From Candidatus Marinacidobacterales bacterium (GTDB lineage: Bacteria; Acidobacteriota; Vicinamibacteria; Marinacidobacterales; DATDRI01), in the NCBI GenBank assembly GCA_965219415.1, contig CBDCNP010000002.1, positions 4,448,001 to 4,512,000 on the forward strand: a DNA stretch of 64,000 bases, read 5' to 3'. A program made the position numbers and the translations under genes. Under the pieces are notes generated by a model. The model had not been told where the DNA came from. It saw only the letters and a program-made list of their open reading frames with translations, and made no database searches. Position 1 is the stretch's first letter. Each line of letters opens with the position of its first letter. Of the stretch, positions 47,230 to 58,571 are shown in pieces.

Positions 47230-47399
47230 TGATTAGTCTCCGGTCTGCTGCCTTGGTGCACAACTCCGATAGAGGCCGAGAGCTCGCTTGGCCCCGACTC
47301 CCATCATCCGATCATCTCGCTATCAGGCATCCCGAGCGCCGTCATGGTGTTGAGAATCTTGCACCCGATCCTTGCCTCACCTCTCTGTGCCGCCAACCC
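47230..47399 (-). pseudogene. IS5/IS903-like 3' fragment
   Basis: CKILNTMTALGMPDS; cut by A tip. Confidence 0.55.
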
Positions 47400-48563
47400 C
47401 GTCCTGTGCCAAAACTCGGCCCTTTTGAAATAGACCATAAATCAGCAGCTTAGCGACTGGGCCAAGGGCCCTGTGCCTTCTATTTTATTCATCCGCGCGC
47501 CCCGAACTTGATTAGTCTTCGGTCTACCGGCACCATACCTACATGATTTCGTCGTTTGTTCTTACTCTCATCTCTGCCTTCAAGGCTCGTCGCGAGCTGG
47601 TGCCCGCGGATGAATAAAATAGAAGGCACAGGTCGGAAGACAGCCCTGCGGCGCGAAATACCCTCGATTCTGAGCGGATTCCAAGGGCGTCTAAGCTGCT
47701 GATTTATGGTCTATTTCAAAAGGGCCGAGTTTTGGCACAGGACGGCATAGAGTCCGTGTCCGCCCCGCCTATCGCGGAGCACCCGTGGCCGAATCACGGC
47801 GGAGGACAACGATGGAGCCTGACCAGAAGCCCGCTGCGCTGGACGGTTCCCCCGCTGATGCTCAGGGTGCCGACCATAATGATGATGAAGGTCACGCAAC
47901 CGATGCACCGATGGGTGCTTCCGCAGTCAAGTGTTGGCGGGCCGCCGCGTAACCTGTTCGCGTGCTAGAATTTTAGCCTGATTTCGAGAGGCGCAGTTCT
48001 TTCGTCGATGCCGGCTGGGCCGAGTTTTGGCACAGGACGACGTCGTTTACTATCACCACGAGAGGAATCATCAAGGCAAGGAGAATCTGCTGCTGTTCCC
48101 AGCCAGCGACCCGTTACCTCAGTCCGAGCGCAAGGTGCGCTCCCGTGAACGGCTTGGCGGGTTGCTACGTTTCTACCATCGGGAAGCCGCATGAGTATTT
48201 TGACCTCACGACTAAGCTGCTGATTTATGGGCTATTTCAAAAAGGCCGAGTTTTGGCACAGGACGGGCTCAATTCCTTAGAAGTTTGACAAGAGCGGGAG
48301 GGAAAAAATGAGTCGCAAGATGGTTTGTAGCGAGTGCGAGTGCGGGGTCGATATCTGCGACACGCTTTCCGACACCAAGCGGCTGTGCTGCGTCTGTTGG
48401 GCGCTTGAGCAGGAAACCGAGACGCCCTACGAGTCCATGTGCTCGAAGTGCTCCGAGCGCGTGAAAGAATGGAACGGACTATGAGGCTTGAGGTCGAAAA
48501 CCTGATGGGAATCGAGAAGGTTGAGTTCGACCTTCTCCCGGGCCGGGTGGTCGAATTCGTGGG

Positions 48564-48625
48564 CGTCCGGTCAAAATACTCGAACGCCCAGCATCGGGAA
48601 GCCGCATGAGTATTTTGACCTCACG
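48564..48625. mobile_element. 62-bp minimal E-family element
   Basis: CGTCCGGTCAAAATACTC ... GAGTATTTTGACCTCACG inverted ends. Confidence 0.7.
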
Positions 48626-48897
48626 GCCACAATCGCCTCGGCAATGGTGACGTTTTGATGCATGGTCACCTCGCCAGGCTCTGCGCCGATGATCCCTCCG
48701 ATGAGGTTGCCGACTTCCACCGGCATGTCCCACCAACCCTCCGCCCACGCGCGAACCCCGCGAGTCGCCCATGTCTCGGAGTACTCCCTCATGCGGTCGT
48801 GGACATCGCGCGGCATGGCACCCAATGAGTTGCTAATCATGTAGACGGTGTTCTTAAGGATGGGAAATTCGGTTCGCCAAGCTACAAGCTCGTCCAT
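48626..48897 (-). pseudogene. Kynureninase/class V aminotransferase N-terminus, truncated
   Basis: EFPIL..YMISNSLGAMP..W..RGVRAW..GWW. Confidence 0.8.
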
Positions 48898-49230
48898 GCT
48901 CTTGTCCTTAATACAGCGCGTCGGCCCTCACCTCCCCAGAAGCGCGGGATCGTAACAATCATTCGATGTTCTCAGCCAGACGGTCTAACGCCGTCCTGAG
49001 AGTTCAGCAGTTTGGTCTTTCCCCCGAGCGGTGCTGTCGGTTGAGAGGAAGCTGATGTGCTCTGTCAAACTGGTCGAGGCCTGGTTCCTCCGAACCGGGA
49101 AGGGGCAATCGTCCCGAGAGAACGTCGAATCAGAATGCTCTAACACGTCGCGAGTCTTTTCGTCTCTCGTTTCGAGCCGCTTCGTCGAGAAATTGTAACG
49201 GCTTGTGGCGTTGAGGGCAAACGAAAAACG

Positions 49231-49372
49231 GGTCTACGCGGATTCGTGTGGGTTGAAAACTGCATTTCTGGGTAATGGCGGAAGGAAAGCCGCCACGATC
49301 TTCAGCTTGAGATATTCCTCGTCGCGATAGCCGTAGGCGCGTCGTTGCAGAACACGGATTTTGTTGTTGACC
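49231..49372 (-). pseudogene. ISL3 3' end fragment
   Basis: NNKIRVLQRRAYGYRDEEYLKLKI. Confidence 0.8.
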
Positions 49373-50045
49373 TGTGCCTTCTATTTATTCATCCGTCAGC
49401 CCAATGGGTCGGAAGTCAGCCCTGCGGCGCGAAATACCCTGGATTCTGCGCGGATTCCAAGGGCGTCTAAGCTGCTGATTTGTGGTCTATTTCAAAAGGG
49501 CCGAGTTTTGGCACAGGACGGGATGATTCAGGCGGACGTGAATCGAGACCGTCGGCAGTACGAGGAGACGGATGACGACAGGGACGCGCGATTGATTTCG
49601 TACCTGATTGACGTGCTGTTGCTTGGCAGACACGCGGAATTCCCACATGCTGGTTCGTCCGCTGGAGAATCGGTGATCGCGAACTGGAGTCTGGTTGGCA
49701 GGGCCATGACGGGACGACTTCGACCCGACTGAGATATCGGCTTCAAACGGGAAGCCGCATGAGTATTTTGACCTCACGGGAGGACGGCGAGCTGCTCCCG
49801 AAGAGTGACATTCTCGAGAGCTAGCTCGCGACGAACCTTGAAGGCAGAGATGAGAGCGGGAACCAACGACGAAATCATGCCGGCATGGTGCTGGTAGACC
49901 GAAGATCAATCAAGTTCGAAACGCGCGGATGAATAAATAGAAGGCACAGGCGGAAGCTGGAAGGCAATTTCACGTTCCTGCTGATGACTGACAACGCAGC
50001 CTGAGCATTCTACGATCTACAACATCTTGGGCATAACTCCGCAAA

Positions 50046-51452
50046 CTATGGCCTTGCGTTGCGAAGCCTCAGGGACATCTGTCGATACGTCTCACAGTTC
50101 TTGACACAGGCCACAGTCTCTCTTTGCGTAAACCCCATCGCCCTCATAAAGCACGCCTCAAGCAAAAGACGCAGGACCCAATTGTAACGCACTGCGCGCT
50201 CTGACGACTGCGAGTTACCCTCATCGGCCGCTTGTACAGGAAAATGGGTGAAGGCATTGCGAAGCTCCACTATTCTTCCAACCCACTGCTCCGGATCCTC
50301 CACCAATACTTCTAACGTCTCCCTGTGCTCGCAGACCAACTCTCCCAGCCGGTGACGCAGAGAATACTCATTCGCAAACTTGAGCCTGGAGTCGATCGCC
50401 CGGCGTAGCCGGGCTTCCACCGTAGCGGGGATCGCTGCAATCAAGGGCTTGAGAACTTCGGTCTCGAACTTCTCCTTTCCCGTCATATAAAGTCCCTGAT
50501 AGTACCGCCGATGGAGTGCTTCCGCGGCCTGTGTAAGAAACAGGAACTTCTGTTCAACAAAGCCTCTACCGTGGACGCCCTCGAAATACAAAGCCCGCAC
50601 GTAACGCAGATCTTCCGACTGCGACAACCATGCGCCGATCACCCGTGAAACGTCACCTTGAATATCAGCCAAACGAAACAGCCAGAATGATGCTTCCCGC
50701 TCACGTGCCTTGTAGATAGGAACTGCATGATAAGTCCCGTATTCCTGAAAATCTCCATCTTGTGACCGCAACAACGACGTCTCAGTCCTTTCACAACGAC
50801 TCAGGCTGGCTATAGACAGAAAATCGATCCAGGCGTGTATGAGGTCGTCAAACCTCGACAAAGCGCGCGGCTCTTTGGCCTCAACCTCGAAGCGAATTTC
50901 TTCGTGTATAGACAAGTCGTGCCGGGCATGGGAGTATGAACATGTGGGCCTAAGCGACACGCGGAAGCAGCCATCATCATGCACAACATGTGGCGCCTGA
51001 GCAGTGTAATGTACCGCAATGTTCGGAAACTCCACGCTATGATCATCCTTGATGCCCGAGTGTCCCCACCACTCGTTGAGAGACCTTAGCGACACAGAAA
51101 CCGTATCCAACAAAGGATCCTGGTCACAATGAAATCCCTGGATCACCGCGTTGGCGTAGACTTCGACCGAACGTGGTCCGCCTTGTAGGTTGAGGTTCGA
51201 TGACTTGTGGTAGCATCCTATAAGCGTAACCAATTTGGCCTTCGTCGTAACGCCGACAATAGTGGAGTCTTCTGAAATCAGACGCTGTTTTAACCGTGGA
51301 GGTCCCTGGACGACCATCGGTACAGTAAGGCGAAGAGTGCCACCTTCACGGTCATCGAAGCGGAGAGTGCCGCTCCATTTCTGACCCGGGTTTGTTGGAT
51401 CCCACCAATCTCCATCATGCTCAAAAGCCGCGGTCTCCTGTTTTGGGTTCAT
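50046..51452 (-). CDS. ApeA-like HEPN protein (putative anti-phage)
   Basis: G.WW.P..GTL.F N-terminus, FL.LTQAAE.LHR, RNAFTH (RxxxxH). Confidence 0.8.
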   Translation of the reverse strand: MNPKQETAAFEHDGDWWDPTNPGQKWSGTLRFDDREGGTLRLTVPMVVQGPPRLKQRLISEDSTIVGVTTKAKLVTLIGCYHKSSNLNLQGGPRSVEVYANAVIQGFHCDQDPLLDTVSVSLRSLNEWWGHSGIKDDHSVEFPNIAVHYTAQAPHVVHDDGCFRVSLRPTCSYSHARHDLSIHEEIRFEVEAKEPRALSRFDDLIHAWIDFLSIASLSRCERTETSLLRSQDGDFQEYGTYHAVPIYKAREREASFWLFRLADIQGDVSRVIGAWLSQSEDLRYVRALYFEGVHGRGFVEQKFLFLTQAAEALHRRYYQGLYMTGKEKFETEVLKPLIAAIPATVEARLRRAIDSRLKFANEYSLRHRLGELVCEHRETLEVLVEDPEQWVGRIVELRNAFTHFPVQAADEGNSQSSERAVRYNWVLRLLLEACFMRAMGFTQRETVACVKNCETYRQMSLRLRNARP

Positions 51453-51773
51453 CTGAGATTCGCCAAACGCTACGAGCTTCTCAAGATTCGCAGAAAGATC
51501 ATCTCGGGGACGCCTATCCGCCCGCTCTCACACTCCAATTCGCGCGTGTGTCACCGAAGCAGGGGGACCACCTGTCCACGGTCACCAGTTAGATGCTCCG
51601 ACCAACCCAACTATCTTACCGCATCACCAGCTCTCCGACACCGACGGCTTCGCACGACAGCCGCCCGGATCGGCACACCGCTCAGCCGAGTTCGGTAACA
51701 ACCGGCGCTGTCGAATACGACATCGGCCCACGAACTGGTAATATATGGCTAAGCTATTCTCAATTGTGATGTT

Positions 51774-52793
51774 ATGGTTGAGTCAACTTATGTTTCGGAT
51801 CACCCGATCAGGCGTGGAGACGAAGACCGGCTCGATCGCCAACCGTTCGCTGAACGGCTCGCCAAAACTCTCGTAGAGCGACAAGATCTAAGTAGCCTCG
51901 TGGTTGGGATCTACGGGCCTTGGGGCGATGGCAAAACCTCTGTTTTGCACATGATGGAGGAGGTTCTCCAGCAGTCGACCGATGTCGTTATCGTTTGGTT
52001 CAATCCATGGTATTACGAATCTGAACATCAACTGATCGACATTTTTTTCTCCAATCTCGCCGATGCAGTCCAAAAGAAGCTGAAAACCCAGCCCGAAGAA
52101 TTCGGCGAACTATTGAGGACATATAGCTGTTTCCTATCCATTGCGAGCCGCTCTGTCGGCCAAGCGGCAGAACAAATGGGAGAAAAATTGTCGGCAGTCA
52201 CGCTTGAGGATTGCAGGGACCGCATTGCGAAGACTCTGTCAGACCTCGACGGCCGAGTGGTCGTCCTCATCGATGATATCGACAGACTTGAACGACGGGA
52301 AATTCAAGCGGTCTTCAAGCTCGTAAAACTGTCCGCGGGATTCTCAAACATATCCTACGTACTAGCTTTCGACGACAATGTCGTTACGGATTCGCTAGCA
52401 GAGCGATACGGTGGAGGCGACTCTGACGCTGGCCGCGCATTTCTTGAAAAAAATTGTTCACATGCCTTTGCATTTACCACCCGCAGATGAACTGTCACTT
52501 CGTAAAATAACGTTCGAGGGCGTCGATCGGGTTCTGAAGACGGCAGAAATCGATTTGAACGATGAGGAAGTTCAACATTTTGTGAACAATTTCATTCGTG
52601 GAGTACAGTTGCGTCTGACGACACCTCGTCTAGCCAAACGCTATGTGAATGCTTTGACATTCGGCATCCCGATCTTGAAGGGAGAAGTGAATATAGTGGA
52701 TCAAATGCTAGTTGAGGCTGTTAGGATATTTTATCCGAAACTGCACGTCGCTATTCGGACACATCCGGACGTATTTTTGGGCGAGAGGCAGCC
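51774..52793 (+). pseudogene. KAP family P-loop NTPase, frameshifted in an A run and truncated by MITE
   Basis: GPWGDGKTS, FNPW, IDDIDR, FLEK, TPR..KR.VN. Confidence 0.88.
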
Positions 52794-52989
52794 TGTGCCT
52801 TCTATTTATTCATCCGCCAGCCCCATGGGTCGGAAGTCAGCCCTGCGGCGCGAAATACCCTGGATTCTGCGCGGATTCCAAGGGCGTCTAGGCTGCTGAT
52901 TTGTGGTCTATTTCTAAAGGGCCGAGTTTTGGCACAGGACGCGGTGGCCTCCAGGCCGTGGAAAACTTGACAATACCGTTGGGAACAGG

Positions 52990-55281
52990 TCAGGAAGCAG
53001 CATCTTCACGGCGGCCCCGAACGGACCATCCTGTCGTCAGTCCTACGACGAACCAGCCCATTGCCAGCATCCCGGCTGCGAATATCGTGTCTCCGACTAC
53101 ACGCAGCCAACGGAAGGTCTCAAGCAAGGGGGTCTGAAGGAAATCGGCGGATCGTGCGTACCACATGCCGTATTCCACGCTAGCCCAGGTCTGCGCGAGT
53201 CCTACCGGTAGCAGGCTCAGGACAACCATAAGTGCCAGCCCGATGTTCATAGCCCAGAAGGCAAAGGCGAGAACTCCGGTGCGCCATGCCTGACGCATCG
53301 TGAGAACACGAAGGCTCAGAAGCGTCAGCCCGATGCCCAGCATTCCATACACGCCGAACAGCGCTGTGTGCGCGTGAACGGGCGTCGTATTGAGACCTTG
53401 CATGTAGTACAGGGCGATGGGAGGGTTGATCAGAAACCCGAACAGGCCGGCTCCTACCAGATTCCAGAAGGCCACCGCCACGAAGAAATAGATCGGCCAC
53501 TTGTAGTTTCGGACCCACCCGGTGAGATGCGCCATCGCCCAGTTGTCGTAGCCCTCGTAGCCGATCATCACAAGCGGCATGAGCTCAAGGGCACTGAAGG
53601 TCCCGCCGAGAGCGAGGATGACAGGCGTCGTCCCGGTGAAATACAGATGGTGGAACATTCCCAGCACACCGCCTGTCAGATACAGAATAGTGGTGAAGAG
53701 AACCGCCATTGTCGCGGACCGGACTCGCACCAGCCCGAGCCGGGTGAACGCCAACGCGATGACGGTGACCGCGAAGACCTCGAAAAATCCCTCGACCCAG
53801 AGGTGCACAACCCACCAGCGCCAGTACTCAGCAATGGCCAGGTTCGTCTCCCGTCCCCACATCAGACCCGCGCCGTAGAACAGAGCGATCGCGGCAACCG
53901 AAAGCGTGAAGACAAGGAGTAGTTGCCGGTCCACGCCGCGAGCTCTCCGCAGGGCCGGCCAGAGGGCACGGAACATCAGCGTCAGCCACAGAAGCAGGCC
54001 GATAAAGAGCAGGATCTGCCATAATCGGCCGAGGTCGACATACTCGAAACCCTGATGCCCAATCCAGAAGTTCAGAACATCTTCGAGCTGCTGATGGATT
54101 GCGAAGGCCTGACCGGCCATTGAGCCTCCGACCACGAGGATCAGAGCGACAAAAAGGACGTTGACGCCGACGCGCTGAAATTGTGGCTCGTGCCGGGCAA
54201 TGATGGGTGCCAGACATAGACCGGTCGCAAGCCAGGACGTCGCAATCCAGAAGATACCCAGTTGCACGTGCCAGGTGCGAGCCAGTGAATAGGGCACCCA
54301 GTCTGCCAGGGGGATCCCATAGAATGCCGTGCCCTCTACTCCATAGTGGGCGGCGGCCACGCCGGACGCCATCTGTACAAGGAGCAGTCCGCCAACAAGC
54401 CAGAAATACTTGGCCGTCGCTTGCATCGACGGTGTGGGCTGGATACCAATCAGCGGATCTTCCGGCACCGCCGCGTGTGCGCTGGCCCATGCGCCCCGGG
54501 TTGCTGCATAGAACCAGGCCAGCGCACCGATCCCGCCCAAAAGCAGGACGAAACTGCCGACCGACACCACGACGATCAGGCCAGTCGGCCGGTTCCCAAT
54601 AAGCTCTTCCGGCGGCCAGTTGTTCGTGTACGTAATGTCGCGGCCGGGTCGGTTGGTCCCGCAGGCCCATGTCGCCCAGAAAACGAAAGCCGTGAGATTG
54701 CTCCGGCGCGTGTCGCCCTGTACGGTGTCGGTCGTCATCGCATAGCTCTCGCGAAGCGTATCCAGCTCGGGGTCACTGCCAAAGAGGCCCGTATAGTGGC
54801 GTTGAACCGTGCGGATGGCCTCCGCCCGAAGTGTCGACACCTCAATTGTCTGCGTAGTGGGATCGTACGTGTTGGTTCTGAACTCAGTCTCCAGTCGTGC
54901 CCGAAGCGCAGCCTGCCGTTCCCGGTCCAGTTCCTCATAAGCCTGATCGAATTCGCGCGTCGCCCACTCGTTCAGAATCCATGTGGCCTCACGATGGAGC
55001 CAGTCGGCCGTCCAGTCGGGTGCCGTGTAGGCGCCATGGCCCCAGATCGAACCCAGCTCCTGCCCTCCTATCGATCTCCAGACGTCCTGACCGGCTAGAA
55101 TCTGCTCACCCGTGAAGAGCAACTGCCCGTCGGTTGCAACAATCCGGTCGGGTATCGGAGGCGCCTCCTGGTAAATCTCACCTCCGTAGTAAAGCAAGGC
55201 TCCGAAAGAGCCGGCAACGACGATGGCCAGGACAAGCCACAGCTGACGGAGGTGCAGGTCTGCCAAGCGTTCATCCGACAT
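52990..55281 (-). CDS. norB: Quinol-dependent nitric oxide reductase (qNor)
   Basis: GSIWGHGAY.APDW, WWVVHLWVEGFFE, HHLY, HAHTALFGVYG. Confidence 0.95.
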   Translation of the reverse strand: MSDERLADLHLRQLWLVLAIVVAGSFGALLYYGGEIYQEAPPIPDRIVATDGQLLFTGEQILAGQDVWRSIGGQELGSIWGHGAYTAPDWTADWLHREATWILNEWATREFDQAYEELDRERQAALRARLETEFRTNTYDPTTQTIEVSTLRAEAIRTVQRHYTGLFGSDPELDTLRESYAMTTDTVQGDTRRSNLTAFVFWATWACGTNRPGRDITYTNNWPPEELIGNRPTGLIVVVSVGSFVLLLGGIGALAWFYAATRGAWASAHAAVPEDPLIGIQPTPSMQATAKYFWLVGGLLLVQMASGVAAAHYGVEGTAFYGIPLADWVPYSLARTWHVQLGIFWIATSWLATGLCLAPIIARHEPQFQRVGVNVLFVALILVVGGSMAGQAFAIHQQLEDVLNFWIGHQGFEYVDLGRLWQILLFIGLLLWLTLMFRALWPALRRARGVDRQLLLVFTLSVAAIALFYGAGLMWGRETNLAIAEYWRWWVVHLWVEGFFEVFAVTVIALAFTRLGLVRVRSATMAVLFTTILYLTGGVLGMFHHLYFTGTTPVILALGGTFSALELMPLVMIGYEGYDNWAMAHLTGWVRNYKWPIYFFVAVAFWNLVGAGLFGFLINPPIALYYMQGLNTTPVHAHTALFGVYGMLGIGLTLLSLRVLTMRQAWRTGVLAFAFWAMNIGLALMVVLSLLPVGLAQTWASVEYGMWYARSADFLQTPLLETFRWLRVVGDTIFAAGMLAMGWFVVGLTTGWSVRGRREDAAS

Positions 55282-55504
55282 CAGGCACTCCTTACAATCA
55301 GAAGGTTAAGCAACATAATATGACAGGTGCTTCCGCAATTAAGTGTTGGCGGCCAGCTGTGCCTTCTATTTATTCATCCGCCAGCCCATGGGTCGGAAGT
55401 CAGCCCTGCGGCGCGAAATACCCTGGATTCTGCGCGGATTCCAAGGGCGTCTAAGCTGCTGATTTGTGGTTTATTTCAAAAGGGCCGAGTTTTGGCACAG
55501 GACG

Positions 55505-55644
55505 GGTACGAGTTGCTCCAACACCCTGGCCGCCAGCGGAGTTCCCTGGCCGATCGGTAGCCGCGCATACTCGTCCACCAACTGCCGAACCGCCTCGGCA
55601 TGCTTGAAGTTGTTCAAGTCAGCTTCGAGGACCTCGAGATTCAT
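55505..55644 (-). pseudogene. GNAT-like N-terminal fragment
   Basis: EADL....HA.A..LVDEYA..P.G.G.PL; ends at A tip. Confidence 0.55.
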
Positions 55645-56004
55645 CGTTTTTTTGAAGTCCTTACCCTTGGGGCGGGACTTATCATGGCAGGATGACCTGA
55701 CCCCACGGTTAGTACCACGTTGTATCTCAGTCATTCGGTGCTGACAAGGGCTGGTTGAAGCCGGCGTGGCAAAGCCGGTTTCAACCAAATCGTTTCAAGT
55801 TTTGTGTCTGTCTTTCCCCTGAAATGGGATGTTGTTAGGTCTGGTCGCCACCCTTGCCTATGGCGCCGTGGGGCGCTTCTTAGTTTATGGAAGGGACAGC
55901 CGAGTTTTGGCACAGGACGGGGGCGGAAGGCAAAGGCAGAGGACCCGAAGCTCAAGGAACTCGAGCGTGAGAATGCGCGCCTGAAGCCGTCGTCTCGCTC
56001 GGGT

Positions 56005-56400
56005 GGAAACGAGACGGATGAAGCTGACTGACAAAGCCATCTTGAGGATGGTGAGCGAGTCACCGGGCCGTAACACAAGTGAACCCATAGGTGGCCCCGA
56101 CAAAAAAATAGACCCCAGAGGCCGAGTTTTCTCGTGTCGGACAAAGGCAACAGGATGTGTCGCCAGACTATCTGATGAGGCACATCCCTCTGGCGGGGTG
56201 GTAGGGACAGCACGGTGACAAGGACATGCCAAGCAACTGGAGAAGCCGTCCTCGTCCCGTCGAGAAATCGACGGAGCAAGGTAGACCGCATAACCGGAGG
56301 CCCCGGGAAAACGGTCGAAGACGAGACGGTGGCGGCTGGGTCCGTAGTAGCGTTGAAACGGGGCAACGCCCGTGGAGCAAAGGGGCCCTGCTGCACACAA
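56005..56400 (+). mobile_element. Second group II intron fragment
   Basis: Near-identical to reverse complement of about 6954-7340. Confidence 0.8.
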
Positions 56401-56566
56401 CTCAAGTTCGGTGCGCGCGGATGAATAAATAGAAGGCACAACCCTCTTGATGGTGTTGCGTCCGAGTTCATGTCCGAGGCTCTTGACTGCGCCCCGCAGG
56501 CGCGTATATCCCCACGTCGGGTTCTCCCGTTCGGACACGACGGCAAAGCAGGTATAATCAAAGTTT

Positions 56567-57229
56567 GTGAAGCGGACTTTCCCCACAATCCTGCTTTGCT
56601 CTTTTGTCGCGGCCTGTGCCAGCCGCGGACCGTCGGCGACGACACCCTCCGGCACGCCAGCCCCGGCTCCGCTTCGCGGAACCACTTTCGAGGGCCTTGC
56701 TTCCTGGTACGGGCTGGAAGAAGAAGGTCGGGCCACCGCGAGCGGAGAGCCGATGGACCCTGAACGGTTCACTGCAGCCCATCGGACCTTTCCCTTCGGC
56801 ACCGTGTTGCGGGTCACCGACCCCGATAACGGGCGCAGCGTGGTGGTGGTGGTCAACGACCGGGGCCCTTTTATCGACGGACGGGTCCTGGATCTTTCCT
56901 ACGGCGCGGCGAAGGCGATCGACATGGTCCAAAAGGGCGTAGCGCCGGTCCAGATTGAAGTCATCCAAGTAGATCAAAGTCGTCTGGCCACCCGTTGGAG
57001 AGTCCAGCTCGGCTCGTTCCGCGACGAGTCGGCCGCCAAAGAGCTCGCCGATGAGATCAAGCGGGAAGGACATCGTCCGGTCGAGATCTCTGGATTCCGG
57101 GCGAGCGGTCGGCTCTACTATCGTGTTTGGGTCGGAGAATTCGTTTATCGGGCGGATGCCGAAGATCTAGCTCGTGAGTTTCGCCGGGAAGGGCGTGAAA
57201 CAGTTGTGATGCAAACCCCCTTTCGGTGA
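56567..57229 (+). CDS. rlpA: Septal ring lytic transglycosylase RlpA with SPOR domain
   Basis: Lipobox VAAC, GLASWYG, TAAHRT.PFG, VNDRGPF, DLS, VQLGSF. Confidence 0.92.
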   Translation: MKRTFPTILLCSFVAACASRGPSATTPSGTPAPAPLRGTTFEGLASWYGLEEEGRATASGEPMDPERFTAAHRTFPFGTVLRVTDPDNGRSVVVVVNDRGPFIDGRVLDLSYGAAKAIDMVQKGVAPVQIEVIQVDQSRLATRWRVQLGSFRDESAAKELADEIKREGHRPVEISGFRASGRLYYRVWVGEFVYRADAEDLAREFRREGRETVVMQTPFR

Positions 57230-57646
57230 CGCCCGCTAGATCCCGACTTGTCCCTTCCATCAACTTGAGCTGCATGAGATTGGCGAACTGCCTGCAACCA
57301 GGATGCTTTGGTCGTCTTCATGTAGGACGTTTTGAGAGCCGGCGTCGGCTCTACTCAGGGGTAGAGGTGTAAGCTGGTGCGAAGTCCCGGTGCTTCCGCC
57401 ATTAAGTGTTGGTGAGATGACGCTAAGACTTTACGCTGCATTAAATTACAGCCAAAATGGCGCTCGCGACCTTCGCCGCGCGCTAAATGGAGCGTAAGCG
57501 CTTTTTTTGCAAAGGGATACGTACACATCACCAACAGCAAACAGTGCAAGCACCTCAGTCCGAGCGCAAGGTGCGCTCCCGTGAACGGCTTGGCGGGTTG
57601 CTACGTTTCTACCATCGGGAAGCCGCATGCGTATTTTGACCTCACG

Positions 57647-58424
57647 GGTAGCCGTCGATACGACGTAGCTTGATCTGACCGGAAGCTACGAGTCCGAAAA
57701 GCAAAGCGCCGGCGGACTCCTCGGTGGTGAACGACGCCTGGGTCTTGGTCCGGCGGCGAAACTCGCGGTTCAAGTTTTCCAAGGCGTTGGTTGTACGGAT
57801 CGACTTCCACATTGCACGCGGGAACTCGTAGAACGTGAGGAGGTGGCCACCTGCCTCCTGATCAGCGACGGCCACAAGGGGCTGACGAAAGCGCTGGAGA
57901 AGTGGCCGGGGTGCCGGTGGCAGCGATGTACCGAGCACAAGCGCGCCAACTTGCTCCAACATTGCCCGGCGCACGCACGCCGTGAGCTCCGGCGTGACTA
58001 CAACCGGATCGTCTACGCCAAGAACGGGTTCGATGCTCGCAAAGCCTATGACGAGCTCGTCGCCAAGTGGACGCCTCTCGCGCCGGCCGTCGTCCGAAGC
58101 CTAGAGGAGGCCGGCAATCAGCTGCTGACCTTCTACGAATTCCCTCGTGCCATGTGGAAATCGATTCGAACGACCAATGCTCTGGAGAATCTCAACCGCG
58201 AGTTTCGACGCCGGACGAAAACCCAAGCGTCGTTCTCCAGCGAGGAGTCTGCGGTCGCTTTGCTGTTTGGGCTTATCGCCTCTGGCCAGATTCAACTACG
58301 ACGCATCGACGGCTACCAACGTCTGAGCGAGGTTCTCGAACACGCGGAGGTTGCCGCCTGATATGATACTCTGATGACGGAGTGGAGGGCGCCGTTCTTT
58401 TTCCACGGACCTCGGGACACATCC
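57647..58424. pseudogene. Two divergently fused IS256 fragments (57647-57842 minus; 57843-58424 plus with right end)
   Basis: Both encode RTTNALENLNREFRRRTK. Confidence 0.8.
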
Positions 58425-58571
58425 GATCCTCATGTTTCCGGAGATTGAAGGGACCGAGTCGTTCTGGAAGGCTCACACGCCTCCGAACCTCCTTGAGCGA
58501 ATCGGGGTCTAGGGTTTGAACAAATACAGGAAAATGATATGTGTCGAATACGGGATTATGCATTTCACTAA

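Noticed and set aside
48960-49080. Possible glycine riboswitch upstream of kynureninase (AACTCTCAGG on minus strand)
   Set aside because: Other conserved aptamer motifs not found
56120-56130. GGCCGAGTTTT shared between the intron and the A end
   Set aside because: Only 11 nt, part of the intron stem-loop; cannot be distinguished from chance
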